Source: a bacterium (GTDB taxonomy: Bacteria; Zhuqueibacterota; Zhuqueibacteria; Residuimicrobiales; Krinioviventaceae). From it: a stretch of 64,000 nt of DNA. The stretch lies in contig CAXXFV010000003.1 in the NCBI GenBank assembly GCA_963674595.2, forward strand, positions 1 to 64,000. The letters are read 5' to 3'. Position numbers and translations under genes: made by a program. Below the pieces are notes generated by a model. That model worked only from the letters and a program-made list of their open reading frames with translations, was not told the origin of the DNA and ran no database searches. Each line of letters starts with the position of its first letter. Within the stretch, counting starts at the first letter, position 1. This document shows positions 9,501 through 21,173 of this stretch, in pieces.

Positions 9501-10904
9501 TTACACTCCCCTCTTATCAGTACCGGAACAGGAAACAGATACTTTTTCACCCAATAGAAAGTCGATGGATTGTTTGGCCAGATGTCGCTTTTTCCGGTTT
9601 ACAAAATTCTGAGCAACTCTTTTGATAGAGGCATCTTTATTAACCTTTGAGACAAATCCCAAACCGGCAACATATTCGACGGCTTCCTGTTCTTCCATAA
9701 GTTCATGGTCCAGTAGCCATTCCAGGGCCTTTAATTCTTTTTCCAAAGCAGAAGCATTCAAGTGTCTGGCTCGTGCCATTTCGGTCTCATCAAACAGTCC
9801 CACCGGGTTCCATTCATGATACCATTTTGCTCCGGTAAATCCTTCAAACATTAAAAAGGTGTTGGTGACTTTTTCTATAACGGAATCAGCAGAATCCCTT
9901 CTCTCTTCAATACTCGATATCAACAGGTCTTTCTGGTCTTCACTCATTTTGAAATTAGAGTTCCAGTTGTACAATCCAAAACTAAAAGGGGGTAATTCTG
10001 TCCGTGCAATGATCTGTTCTATAATGATTCTGGAAGGGATTTCCATATCCATTAATTGAGCGCCTTCACCCAAAACTTTAACACTCACTTTGGATTCACT
10101 GGGAACAGCTCCGCCGATGTCCCGGACCTGGCCGCGTTTTCGATCTTTATTAACATCTTCCAACTGGGTCAACAGCTTATCGGCGGAATCTTTCAGGTCA
10201 GTATAATTTGTACCTCTCCCGCCTTCAATCAGTAATACAAATGTCGGGTCGCCGATCCTGACAACAGCATTCTTTATAGATTGCTGAATCCTTAACAATA
10301 TCTCAGCCACAAAAGGCATGGAATTAAACAGACTCACTCCCTGGGGATGGCCGTCTCTTAAATCAAATGTCAAATACTGAACAAATTCAGGGTGTTCTAA
10401 AATAACAGGTTTTGCAGCATCATGAGGTATGGAAGCCAACCACAGTCTGCCGTCTTTTCGGATAAAACGAACTTTGGCAGCATCACCGACTTTTAACCGG
10501 TCAACACCATTCAAACCGGCAAAAGGAACGGTCTCAAAGACACCGTAACCATTTGCCAGAGCTGAATCATAGACTTGTTGTAAACACCCGTGAAGTCCTT
10601 TGTGGAAATATCCGACCCTGATCTCTTTTTTAAAGTTGTTCAAGGCTTTTAAAACATTCGGATTATCACAACGGTATTCAAAATCCCCGATCAATCTCCG
10701 AAGCTTTAACACAGCGACATCTAAAATGGGAATGGCTTCTCGGAGAATATTATAAATCTTTAAATTGTATCGTAACGGTTCGTATCCGTTTAAATAGGTC
10801 TGGAATGGGCTGTCACTTGCAGAATAAAGTTGGGATTTAACAATAACATTGTTGGATTGTTTTGGTGGGAAATATTTATTAAGATTGAATTTTGGAAGGT
10901 TCAT
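9501..10904 (-). CDS. portal protein
   Basis: 467 aa; LREAIPILDVAVLKLRRLIGDF and HPQGVSLF-x-SMPFVAEILL, typical of this portal clade; first head gene. Confidence 0.85.
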   Translation of the reverse strand: MNLPKFNLNKYFPPKQSNNVIVKSQLYSASDSPFQTYLNGYEPLRYNLKIYNILREAIPILDVAVLKLRRLIGDFEYRCDNPNVLKALNNFKKEIRVGYFHKGLHGCLQQVYDSALANGYGVFETVPFAGLNGVDRLKVGDAAKVRFIRKDGRLWLASIPHDAAKPVILEHPEFVQYLTFDLRDGHPQGVSLFNSMPFVAEILLRIQQSIKNAVVRIGDPTFVLLIEGGRGTNYTDLKDSADKLLTQLEDVNKDRKRGQVRDIGGAVPSESKVSVKVLGEGAQLMDMEIPSRIIIEQIIARTELPPFSFGLYNWNSNFKMSEDQKDLLISSIEERRDSADSVIEKVTNTFLMFEGFTGAKWYHEWNPVGLFDETEMARARHLNASALEKELKALEWLLDHELMEEQEAVEYVAGLGFVSKVNKDASIKRVAQNFVNRKKRHLAKQSIDFLLGEKVSVSCSGTDKRGV

Positions 10905-11026
10905 TAACTGCCCATATATAGAATATATTTAAATAACGCATTCTATATATAGCAGAATCGGAGTAATTAATCAATATTTTGTGGGTAATTCACCCATAGC
11001 ATGAAGAAAATTGTTAGATATAAGGA

Positions 11027-11063
11027 CAAGAACTCGGAGGGTAAATAAGTCCCCGAGTTCTTG
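11027..11063 (-). terminator. conserved 3' cassette hairpin, copy A (terminator or REP-like)
   Basis: CAAGAACTCGG-N15-CCGAGTTCTTG just after the stop codon; near-identical at 15364 and 29531. Confidence 0.75.
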
Positions 11064-11072
11064 AAAGTCAAT

Positions 11073-13802
11073 TTACTTAAGGAGGATCATCTTTTTTACC
11101 ACATTCATACCACCGCCGTCAAGACGATAAAAGTATGTACCTGTTGGCAGATTTGAAGCATCAAACAACACTTGATGTGTACCAGCCTGACGGTGTCCAT
11201 CCAGTAAGACAGCAACTTCCTGCCCGCGTATGTTGTAAACCTTAAGTCTGAAATGATCATCCTTCGCAGCCTTAAAACTAATAGTCGTTACAGGATTAAA
11301 GGGATTGGGATGGTTTTGGAAAACAGTTGATGTCGCCTCAACTTCTTCAGTAAACTGTTTTTCCATTTCCGGGGTCCATTCACCCAGGGTTGTTAGGGCT
11401 GAATAACTCAACTCGTCTTTTGGAAACTCTTCTATCAACTGGCGGTAATATTTTTCTCCGGTTGACTTGTCTTTCAGGTGCATCCAATACACATTACCCA
11501 AATCATAAAGCGCGTATTTATAATAGGAAGATGTTTTATGGTTTCCTACAATCTCCTCTGCTGCGGCAATGGCATCGTCATATTGTTGTGCTCTCAACAT
11601 ATAAGCGGTTTGAAGAGATTTTGCCAGTACTGCAATGTCCGTATTTTTATATTGACTGTTTACCTGTTCCAGTAAATTTCCAACATTACTTTTACCATTT
11701 TGTTTATATGAACACTTTGCAGCAAAAGCCAAGGCTTGCTTGCCGATAGGACTGTTCGGGTATTCTTGATAAACAGCCTGAAATAAAGGCAAAGCAGCTG
11801 TTAAATTTTTATTAGCATAAGCATCATAAGCCTGCTTGAATTCTTCCTGACCGCGTTTGTCCGTGCTGTATATTTTTTCTTCTGCAAAATTTAAAGGCAC
11901 AATCCGCTGTTGCGCATTCATCTTTGGATAGGTGGTTGAAGTAGGATCTGAAGATAAGTAGGGCGTATAATCTACCGTTCCTTCAAAATAGTTAGGATCT
12001 GGTGGCGCTGAACCAAACCAATTATTTTCAGCATAAATGGTATTGACATTTGAACTATAGATGGCATAATCGAGATTGGCCATGTCATTACGACCATAAT
12101 TATATGTTGTGCCGACATCAGGATAAGATGTTGCATCTACATTGATACCGATCAGACTGTTTGTAAAGTCATTATACGAATGAATGTCAGGAGAGGCATA
12201 TTGATTACAGTCAATGGCATCACCTCCTGGTTTTGAAAAATTGCTGTATTGCACCCATCCATCTCCTGTGTTATTGAATGAAATACAATGATAAGCACAG
12301 CTATTGATGGCCGATCTATAAATATGAGTCGATGCGTTATAGTTTCGAACACCATAGGAAGCATTTTGCACATAACAATACTCCAATTGCACATATCCAT
12401 CGACAGCATCTATACCATACCAATAACCACTGACACTTTGAAACGTAATGGGATTGGCAGCTGATCCCTGAGCGATCAGCCACCCATTGACAGTCAGCTT
12501 TTTGCCGGATGCCATTCTTAAAACCACACCAGGATCTAATTCAAGCGTTATATTTGAAGGAATAGTAATATCATCAGTTTCTGTATAAGTTCCGGCAGAT
12601 ACTACTATTTTTTTTACAAAAGTAAGCTGTGAGGCTTGGGAAATTGAAGAAATCTGTTGAGGAACCTTGACATATGGCAAGGGAGTTAGCATCGCACGTG
12701 GCGAAGTTGCATTGACACTATGTGAATGAAGAGATGTATCATAAGTATTATAATAATAGAGTGTACTACCATCATTCGCATATCCAACAACAACTTGACA
12801 ATGACCAGTTATAACATAAGCAAAAGGGCGGTCTTGATCAATTTGCTTTTTAACATCACTGCTCACAAACTGTCCTTTTTCTTGATAAGAAAAAGTATAA
12901 CCATGAGAGTTCGCTATAGAAACAATAGAATTTGGAACATACGGTTTCATATCGTCTGGATCATAGCCATAATCATCTCCCTCACCTCCACTTGAGGGCC
13001 AGCCATAATAATCAGAAAAGTGATCAACGAGGTTTTTAGCAGTATATCTTGGATCACTTCCTGGGCCGTCCCAATTAAAGGTACTAACAGTATGCCATAA
13101 ATTAGAAAAAGCATTGACACTTCCATAATAATTAAAAATCATTGCCAAGCTTGTTGAGATACATCCACGATACCAAGTGAATGCATCTATACCAGAAATA
13201 ATTTTTGAAGTACTGCATGATTTATATAATCTATTATCATTTATATTGGCCCATTCAGTAATATTAACTTTACCGTATTCTTTTCTACTTTCTTCAGCGC
13301 TCTTTTCAAAAGAATTAATAATATCAACGTCAACAATACTTTTATAGATTAAATCCATATAATATTTACCTTTTGGTGTATCAAATTGGATAAAATATTT
13401 GTCACACCAGGACCATATATACTTTTTTATTCTAATATCATCAATATTAGTTTGTATTTTTTTTGATAATATTTTTTTGCAAATTTGAGTATTTTCTTGA
13501 GGAGGTCGTGCATTTGTTGCATCTACATGAATAGGAAGGTCATTATATGCACCTGTAACATAATAACCGACATACTTTTCTTCAACTTTAACAGTAAATA
13601 AATATGCAGCGGAATCACCATTTAAGTTGTAAAAAACGAATGGTTTCGTACTTGTCTGTCCTTGTGACCACTCTGGAAATAGCAAATCAACATCATTACA
13701 AATTTTATAAAAAGCTTCTCTTCCAGTATGTATTGAAATTCTTTCATGAGAATAACTATTTAAAAAAGTAAATATTATTAAAAGAAATGTTATGTTTTTC
13801 AT
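11073..13802 (-). CDS. secreted papain-like (C39/C10-like) peptidase - beta-helix - TPR - secretion CTD protein
   Basis: Signal peptide; Spi-like prodomain; GC-x2-TSLAM (Cys), GH-x-QVVVGY (His), YNTYD; parallel beta-helix; TPRs; QNHPNPFNP...KKMILLK CTD. Confidence 0.8.
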   Translation of the reverse strand: MKNITFLLIIFTFLNSYSHERISIHTGREAFYKICNDVDLLFPEWSQGQTSTKPFVFYNLNGDSAAYLFTVKVEEKYVGYYVTGAYNDLPIHVDATNARPPQENTQICKKILSKKIQTNIDDIRIKKYIWSWCDKYFIQFDTPKGKYYMDLIYKSIVDVDIINSFEKSAEESRKEYGKVNITEWANINDNRLYKSCSTSKIISGIDAFTWYRGCISTSLAMIFNYYGSVNAFSNLWHTVSTFNWDGPGSDPRYTAKNLVDHFSDYYGWPSSGGEGDDYGYDPDDMKPYVPNSIVSIANSHGYTFSYQEKGQFVSSDVKKQIDQDRPFAYVITGHCQVVVGYANDGSTLYYYNTYDTSLHSHSVNATSPRAMLTPLPYVKVPQQISSISQASQLTFVKKIVVSAGTYTETDDITIPSNITLELDPGVVLRMASGKKLTVNGWLIAQGSAANPITFQSVSGYWYGIDAVDGYVQLEYCYVQNASYGVRNYNASTHIYRSAINSCAYHCISFNNTGDGWVQYSNFSKPGGDAIDCNQYASPDIHSYNDFTNSLIGINVDATSYPDVGTTYNYGRNDMANLDYAIYSSNVNTIYAENNWFGSAPPDPNYFEGTVDYTPYLSSDPTSTTYPKMNAQQRIVPLNFAEEKIYSTDKRGQEEFKQAYDAYANKNLTAALPLFQAVYQEYPNSPIGKQALAFAAKCSYKQNGKSNVGNLLEQVNSQYKNTDIAVLAKSLQTAYMLRAQQYDDAIAAAEEIVGNHKTSSYYKYALYDLGNVYWMHLKDKSTGEKYYRQLIEEFPKDELSYSALTTLGEWTPEMEKQFTEEVEATSTVFQNHPNPFNPVTTISFKAAKDDHFRLKVYNIRGQEVAVLLDGHRQAGTHQVLFDASNLPTGTYFYRLDGGGMNVVKKMILLK

Positions 13803-13818
13803 TATAAATCAATCCTTT

Positions 13819-14568
13819 CTATTTGAAAAGTGGAATCTTTAATGTTAATGTGAAATCTTGAATTTTAAATTGAGTAAATTCTAGTTGATTTGCACTCCCT
13901 ATTTTACCCTGCCAGTCTTTTTTCATTGGTGAAGAAAATTGTATACCTAATAATAAACTGGGATAATTAAAAAAGTTTGAAGGAATTCTTATACCTGTAC
14001 CCCAAAAAGAGAGAAAAGAGGTTTTTTTAATAAATTTTTCCATATTTGTTGTACCTGCCCATTCATATTGAGTTTCTTCATAAATACTTGAATATTGCTC
14101 ATGAGCTGAAATGAGATTTGCCATACCAATTCCACAAAAAAATTGAGGTCTCCATTTATTGTTGAATGGCTGGAAGCATGTGGTTAATTTAATTACAAGA
14201 TAATCAACATTTACATTAATATTGTACCCAAGCCAATCATCTACGTCAAAATCTTGATTATTTTTGATTTGAAATCCCATCACTTCATACATTAATGATG
14301 CTTCACAGTAGAAGCGTGTTGATAACTTTATTTCCCCAAATATTCCTAAATGTGGCTTTAAATTATCTGACAATTTATCATACTTTAACCAATCATTTTC
14401 AATTTTTACATTTATCAATCCCATTCCCAATTTTAAACCTTTTGAAAAATTGGATGTTGATTCTTTTTGAATATCCACATTTTCATTGGACTGTAAATAT
14501 AGATTTTTAGCGGATACTATATTTGTAAAAATTAATGTCAAGTAAATACAAATATAAGAGTATCTCAT
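13819..14568 (-). CDS. outer-membrane beta-barrel (porin/PorT-like) protein
   Basis: Signal peptide, GLKLGMG, amphipathic strands, C-terminal ...LKIPLFK; GGAG RBS before ATG 14568. Confidence 0.65.
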   Translation of the reverse strand: MRYSYICIYLTLIFTNIVSAKNLYLQSNENVDIQKESTSNFSKGLKLGMGLINVKIENDWLKYDKLSDNLKPHLGIFGEIKLSTRFYCEASLMYEVMGFQIKNNQDFDVDDWLGYNINVNVDYLVIKLTTCFQPFNNKWRPQFFCGIGMANLISAHEQYSSIYEETQYEWAGTTNMEKFIKKTSFLSFWGTGIRIPSNFFNYPSLLLGIQFSSPMKKDWQGKIGSANQLEFTQFKIQDFTLTLKIPLFK

Positions 14569-14959
14569 AATTAATCTCCAAATTGTCAATAAAAACATTG
14601 TGAATCATTTTTTAATTATATATTACATATATTTTATTATCTGATCTATAATTTGATAAAAATTTACTATGGTGGCCTACCGCTAAAGTAACCGTAATAA
14701 AAAAATAGCGTAGTGCTTTTTCTAAATATAAATAAAATAAAAAATATCGAATTTGAAAAATTACTATCTATAAAAAATACATTAATGATCAAACGAAAAA
14801 ATTTTTTATAAAGGCATATCCCCAAATTAATCAATCAATTTACTCCATTTAAATATCTATTCCATTAATAATACCAACCAAATAAAATTAAAAACAAAAT
14901 ATTATTTAGCTTTCCACCAATTGCCCAAGTTAACAAAAATTGAAAAAAACATCCATTAC

Positions 14960-15230
14960 ACCCCGAGCCCCAACATACAAAAATAGAAATATAACTGTTA
15001 GCCCCGGATATAACAATCCCGTTACATTAATTTTGTCGATTATGTACTTTTAAATTATAAATTTGTTCATTGACACTCCCCGTAGAGTAGTTAATTTGAT
15101 TTTGATTAGGTCATTTTAGTTACTTTTATTGACAAAGTCAAGGATATTTAGATTTGAAATTCATTTTTTATTTTTTTTAGGGGGGGTAATCCCCAGTTAT
15201 TTGCATTATTAAATACAAATTGCGTTACAG
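14960..15230 (-). repeat. conserved 5' cassette element, copy 1 (promoter, SD, mini-ORF, leader)
   Basis: Aligns by eye with 27317-27510 and 35835-36100. Confidence 0.85.
15113..15141 (-). promoter_or_regulatory. sigma70-like promoter with palindromic operator, copy 1
   Basis: TTGACT-N17-TAAAAT; TTGAC-N3-GTCAA palindrome (15129-15141) over the -35. Confidence 0.75.
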
Positions 15231-15363
15231 TTAGAACTATCGCTTTATATAAGCCATTTTGAATATTGGAGCAAGCGGTTTTTAAGAAATTTATCAAATA
15301 TCCCAAGGCAATATTTTGTAGATTATACACCCATAGCTTGGAAAAAATTTTTAGGTATAAAAT

Positions 15364-15400
15364 CAAGAACTCGGAGAGTAAATAAGTCCCCGAGTTCTTG
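15364..15400 (-). terminator. conserved 3' cassette hairpin, copy B
   Basis: CAAGAACTCGG-N15-CCGAGTTCTTG after the stop at 15414. Confidence 0.75.
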
Positions 15401-16711
15401 AAAATCAATTTACTTATTTGAGTAAAATCATTTTTTTAACCACATTCATACCGCCACCTTCAAGACGATAAAAATAAGTTCCTGAAGGTAAATTTGAAGC
15501 GTCAAACAATACCTGATGTGTTCCAGCTTGACGGTGACCGTCCAGCAATACGGCAACTTCCTGGCCACGGATATTGTAAACCTTGAGAGTAAAATGAGCG
15601 TCTTTTGCGGCTTTAAAACTAATAGTCGTTACAGGATTAAAGGGATTGGGATGGTTTTGGAAAACAGTTGATGTCGCCTCAACTTCTTCAGTAAACTGTT
15701 TTTCCATTTCCGGGGACCATTCACCAATAGTTGTTAGGGCTGAATAACTCAGCTCGTCTTTTGGAAACTCGTCTATCAACTGGCGGTAATATTTTTCTCC
15801 GGTTGATTTATCTTTCAGGTGCATCCAATATACATTACCCAAATTATAAAGCGCATATTTATAATAGGAAGATGTTTTATGGTTTTTTACAATCTCTTCT
15901 GCTGCTGAAATGGCATCGTCGTACTGTTGTGCCCTTAACATGTAAGCGGTTTTTAAAGATTTTGCCAGTATGGCAATATCCGAGTTTTTATATTGATTAC
16001 TAACTTGATCCAGTAACCCTTTAACATTGCTTTTATCCTCTTGTTGATAAGCACACTTGGCAGCAAAAGCCAAAGCTTGCTTGCCGATGGGACTGTCTGG
16101 ATACTGTTGATAAACAGCCTCAAACAATGGCTGGGCAGTCGTCAGGTTTTTCTGGGCATAGGCATCATGGGCCTGCTTGAATTCTTCCTGACCTCGTTTG
16201 TCCGTGCTGTATATTTTTTCTTCTGCAAAACTTAAAGGCACAATCCGCTGTTGCGAATTCATCTTTGGATAGGTGGTTGAAGTAGGGTCTGAAGACAAGT
16301 ATGGTGTATAATCAATAGTTCCTTCAAATAATTCATCATCAGGTGGCGCTGAGCCAAACCAATTATTTTCAGCATAAATAGTATTGACATTTGAGCTGCT
16401 AATAGCATAATCATTATTCGTTATATCATTTCGACCATAATAATATGTTGTGCCGACATCAGGATAAGATGTTGCATCTACATTAATACCGATCAGGCTG
16501 TTTTTAATATCATTATACGAATGAATATCAGGCGAAGCATACTGGTTACAGTCAATGGCATCACCTCCTGGTTTTGAAAAATTGCTGTATTGCACCCATC
16601 CATCACCTGTGTTATTGAATGAAATACAATGGTAAGCACAGCTATTGATGGCCGAATAATAAATATGAGTCGATGCGTTATAGTTTCGAACACCATAGGA
16701 AGCATTTTGCA

Positions 16712-18143
16712 GAGACTGTAAACTTTTTTGTGTAAATGAATATTACTATATTTGAATGATCATACGGTCCTTAAAAATAATAGACAATTGCGACACAATA
16801 ATGGGCCAATTAGCGATAGGTTTATTCCACTTTTTAGCAATGTCCCGATAAGCCAGGAACAACATTTTTTTCAAAGCGTCATCATGGGGAAACAAAGATT
16901 TCGTCTTGGTCACTTTGCGTAATTGCCGATGAAGTGCTTCAACGCTATTGGTAGTATAGATCAGTTTTCTGATTTCTTCCGAATACTGGAAATAGTTTGA
17001 CAGGTTGCTCCAATTATTTTTCCACGAGTTTGTCACCACAGGATATTTTTTGCCCCATTTTTCTTCAAGATGTTCCAGTTGCAGTTCAGCATTCTCTTTG
17101 GTCGGACTCTGATAGACCAGTTTCAAGTCTTTGATGAATTCCTTTTGATGTTTGGACGCTACATAACGTAATGAATTCCGGATTTGGTGGATGACGCATA
17201 ATTGTACGACTGCCTCAGGGAAAATCGTGGCAATGGCATCAGGGAAACCTTTTAATCCATCAACGCAGGCAATGAGTATATCTTCAACACCACGGCTCTT
17301 TAAATCGGTCAACACGGACAACCAGAAATTAGCGCCTTCGGACTGGTCGATCCAGATGCCAAGCATTTCCTTCAATCCGTCACTGTTGATCCCCAAAACA
17401 GTATAGGCAGCTTTGTTGATAATACGACTTTCTTCGCGGATTTTATAATGAATAGCATCTAAATAAACAATAGGATAGAGTTTATCCAGAGGACGGGCCT
17501 GCCACTCCACGACAAACTCCCTGACCCGTTCGGTGACATTGGATATAAACGCCGGAGAAACTTCCAGCCCATACAATTCATCAAGGTGCTCCTTGATGTC
17601 TCGTGTGGTCAATCCTTTAGCATACAGGGAGATGATGATCTCATCGATTTTGCCCAGATCACGCTGATGTTTTTTGATCAAAGCCGGATCAAATTCACCG
17701 TTGCGGTCGCGGGGGACTTTGATTTGAATTTCACCAAAGTCTGTTTTTACGGTTTTGCTACTGGCACCATTTCGGCTGTTACCGCTATTATCGCCTTCTG
17801 AAGAATGCTTCTCATAACCCAAATGTTGGGTCATTTCCGCTTCCAGTATCTGGTCGGATAAACCACGAATTAAATTCTTGACCACACCGTCTTTACCCAA
17901 AAGATCGTCTGCGGTCTTGCAGTTTTCAAAGTCTTTTTCAAGTTGCTTAATAAGTTCTGATGTGAGTTTCATTGGTAAATTCTCCTGTGTTATTTTAAAA
18001 TGTCATTTTCTTTGGTAAAACACAAGTGAATTTACAGTCCCTGGTAAAAAAAATGTCAGTAAATCAAATTAGGCCGAAATTCAATAACCCTACGGGTCAT
18101 TGAATCCTATGAAATTGATTTACACAAAACTTTTGACACCTCC
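16712..18143 (-). mobile_element. IS256-family element, copy 1 (1432 bp)
   Basis: Terminal IRs; 8-bp TSD ATTTTGCA at 16704-16711 and 18144-18151. Confidence 0.95.
16746..17972 (-). CDS. IS256-family (mutator-type) transposase
   Basis: VPRDR, YLDA, DGLKGF, QLCVIH, YTTNSVEALH motifs. Confidence 0.97.
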   Translation of the reverse strand: MKLTSELIKQLEKDFENCKTADDLLGKDGVVKNLIRGLSDQILEAEMTQHLGYEKHSSEGDNSGNSRNGASSKTVKTDFGEIQIKVPRDRNGEFDPALIKKHQRDLGKIDEIIISLYAKGLTTRDIKEHLDELYGLEVSPAFISNVTERVREFVVEWQARPLDKLYPIVYLDAIHYKIREESRIINKAAYTVLGINSDGLKEMLGIWIDQSEGANFWLSVLTDLKSRGVEDILIACVDGLKGFPDAIATIFPEAVVQLCVIHQIRNSLRYVASKHQKEFIKDLKLVYQSPTKENAELQLEHLEEKWGKKYPVVTNSWKNNWSNLSNYFQYSEEIRKLIYTTNSVEALHRQLRKVTKTKSLFPHDDALKKMLFLAYRDIAKKWNKPIANWPIIVSQLSIIFKDRMIIQI

Positions 18144-20198
18144 ATTTTGCACATAACAATACTCCAGTTGTACATAACCATCGACAGCATCTATACCATA
18201 CCAATACCCACTAACACTTTGAAAGGTGATAGGGCTGGTATGTGATCCCTGGGCGATCAGCCACCCATTGACAGTCAGCTTTTTACCGGATGCAGTTTTA
18301 ATGTTAGAGCCAGGCAGTACAGTTAATGTTTTCCCTGAATTTACGGTAAGGTTGTCGGAAATGGTGACCGGAAAGCCCCATTGATTGTCCATTATTAATT
18401 CTCCACCGGTAAACACAATTCTTCGATCACTTGGAGAAAAGGTAACAGGACCTTCAGCATAAATTGCACCACTGTCGTTAACAGTTATGTAGGAAGTCCC
18501 AGAAAAATTTAAAGTTGTTCCTGATTCAAATGTCAATGTAACACCAGCAGGAACAACTACGTTACTTGATATTGTATTTGTCCCTCTCACATGAACTATT
18601 GCTCCAGGTGATGCTGCATTTATTGCGCTTTGAATAGTTGGGAATATTTCAGGAACTGAAAGCAAAGCATCAAAAGCATCAACTCGACCCCATCCATAAT
18701 TTTCATTTTTTCCTGAGTCCCCCATATGGATTGCACTTTCCTCAATAATCGTTCTGACTTGGGTCGGACTTAGATTACTATTCTTTGAAAGCAGTAAGGC
18801 TGCTATTCCTGCTACCATTGGGGAAGAATATGATGTTCCATGCCATGTTCTTGTACTATTAGGCTGCCCCGACACAAGCAATATGTTATCTCCCGGGGCT
18901 GTGACATCAATATGGGGTCCCCAAGTTACCCAATCTGGTTGGGTACCATTTTGAGCTATCGCAGAAACTGACATAACATAGGAATCATAATTTCCTGGAT
19001 ACCTTGTAGTGCTCCTTGCACCAGTGTTACCACCACTTGCTACCATAAATACCCCTTTATTGAAAGCATACTCAACAGCATCTTCTAATGCACTTACATT
19101 TGTTTCAATATTCCATGAAAAGTTAGCAATTCTTGCTCCATTATCCGATGCAGTTTTTAGCTGATCTGCTCTCTCAGATGTTAAATCAGCTGTTGTAGCC
19201 CATAGTTTACTGTTGTAAGCTACTCCTGCAAGGCAGTTTGAGTTATTCGTAACAGCAGATGCTACGCCACAAACTTCATTTAAATGGCTCCAGGTTGGGC
19301 CATCTAACAGTTCTTGATAGAAAATATTATTGTTCAAATCGTTATGGTTTATTGATGAAAATGAACCATCTATATGATATTCGTTTATATGGATCAGAAT
19401 ACTTGTATTATCGTTGGCTATTTCCCAAGCCTCTTCTGCATTTATACTATATGTTTCGCTTTTTTTCAAATACCACTGTTGACTAAAATTACTGTCATTG
19501 GGAGGCACATCTCCATCATTTGATGTTTGGGCCGGAGTTGGTGGTAAAAATGCGATTTCTTTATTTTTTAACTGATTTAAATCTCTTATGAAATCAAGTT
19601 GCTTATTTTGATTACATAACTTGATTCTATAATGTATTGATAAATCGGGAACCTTAACCTGTTCCCCCTGATGATTATATTGAGTTGTTTCAAATGGTGG
19701 ACTAAAAATTCTTTCAATATACTCAGGTTGATATTTTAAAAATAGGGTTTTTAAGTTAGCAGAAAAAAAAAGGGAACTTTCAAGGATAAAATTTTTATTT
19801 AACTCCTCTCCATTAAAATCAAAAATATGACTAATTAAAGCGTTATCTTTTACAGTCTCTGAGAGATCAAGTGTGTTTAAAGATTCGAAATCAAAATGAA
19901 CTTTTTTAATCGTGTTAGAAATACTGGCTAAATCCTTATCAGCTTTTATTAGTATGACTGTATTAAAATAATCTTCATTAGCAAACCCAGATGTTGAAAA
20001 TAGTACAAGCGTAAAAAAAATAATTAAACTTAATCTCAATTTAGTTTTCATTGCTCCTCCAAACTGTTTTCTGATTTATAAAAATTTAGATGGCTTATTA
20101 GTAATTTGTATTGGTTCTAATTAGCATAAAGTGAAATTTTACCAACATTCTTATATATAAATGTTGTGATTCAAGCTTTTAAGATGTTCATTTATACA

Positions 20199-20851
20199 TT
20201 ATTTAAATTGAAGTCCAAACAAAAGCTGCAAGCCCATATTCCTCCATTTTCCGATTTCGTAATAATTATACTTAGTTAATCCCAATTGTCCTCTCATCTC
20301 GAAAATGAAAAATAATTTTGAGATGTCAATTTTTTTTCCAATCCCAAATATTATCGAGTTATCAAATTTTGGAAGAGCATTGGTAATTTCAGAAGTTTCA
20401 AAAATAATATCAAATTCTGAAACTTCATATTTACTCTTGAGCAAATACCCCAAACAAGGGCCAGTGAGAGTATAAAATTTAAAAAAAACGTGGAAATTGG
20501 TATTTAAATAATATAGGCAAAGACAGATATTGAGCAATAAACCTTTGCCTTAAAAGGGTGTCGTATCCTGTGTATACTGTAATTTCAGTTTGTTTTCTTT
20601 GATAGGCTAATTCACTAATTAAAAAAAAAATTTGAGAATAGTTCAGTCTCAACTAAACCGCATATAGAAATCCCTATCGGATAAAAATTTTTAGGTGAAT
20701 TGCTTATATCAAGAGTTTCAGTTAATGACATCATTTTCCAATTACTTAAACCTATTTTAAATCCATATGAAAACTTTTCTGATCCCAAGCATACATTCAC
20801 AGTAGTTATTAGTACTGCAAATAAAAATATGAAAAGAAATTTTTTTTTCAT
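20199..20851 (-). pseudogene. outer-membrane beta-barrel gene with two homopolymer frameshifts
   Basis: Removing one T from the T10 (20621-20630) and T8 (20481-20488) runs gives one frame: signal peptide, GFKIGL, YLSLPILFKY, GPCLGYLL, ...LLFGLQFK. Confidence 0.75.
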
Positions 20852-21173
20852 CGCAATTACTCCTTACTTGAAGACTAATATTTATAAGCTATTTGACTCA
20901 AGGTGGCACACCTCTACAAAAATCATAGCACAAATTATAGTATTGGTTAAATAAAAATAGAATAAAAAATATTGTCTGCAATAACTCTTTATTTATAAAA
21001 ACTATATTTCTGGTAAATCAAAAGAGCTTTTTATCAATTGTTTTCCACAAAAGTATCATTGAAATCACCCCACTCAAATAGCCGTTTCATGCTTATTACC
21101 AACTTGATAATTAGGATCGATACCTTATTTAACAAAATTTTATACATAAAATAGATACTATCGGAAAAATATC

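Larger units (their letters stand above)
15414..20051 (-). pseudogene. secreted S8 subtilase - beta-helix - TPR - CTD gene split by IS256 (about 1065 aa when rejoined)
   Basis: 5' part 18144-20051 has PND...QW, ANFSW, ASGGN, GTSYSSP; removing the IS and one TSD restores ...CYVQNASYGVRNYN..., as in the paralog at 11073. Confidence 0.9.

Noticed and set aside
15148-15408. 86-aa ORF between cassettes
   Set aside because: Spans the 3' hairpin and 5' repeat element, has no RBS, and is not open in the other copies
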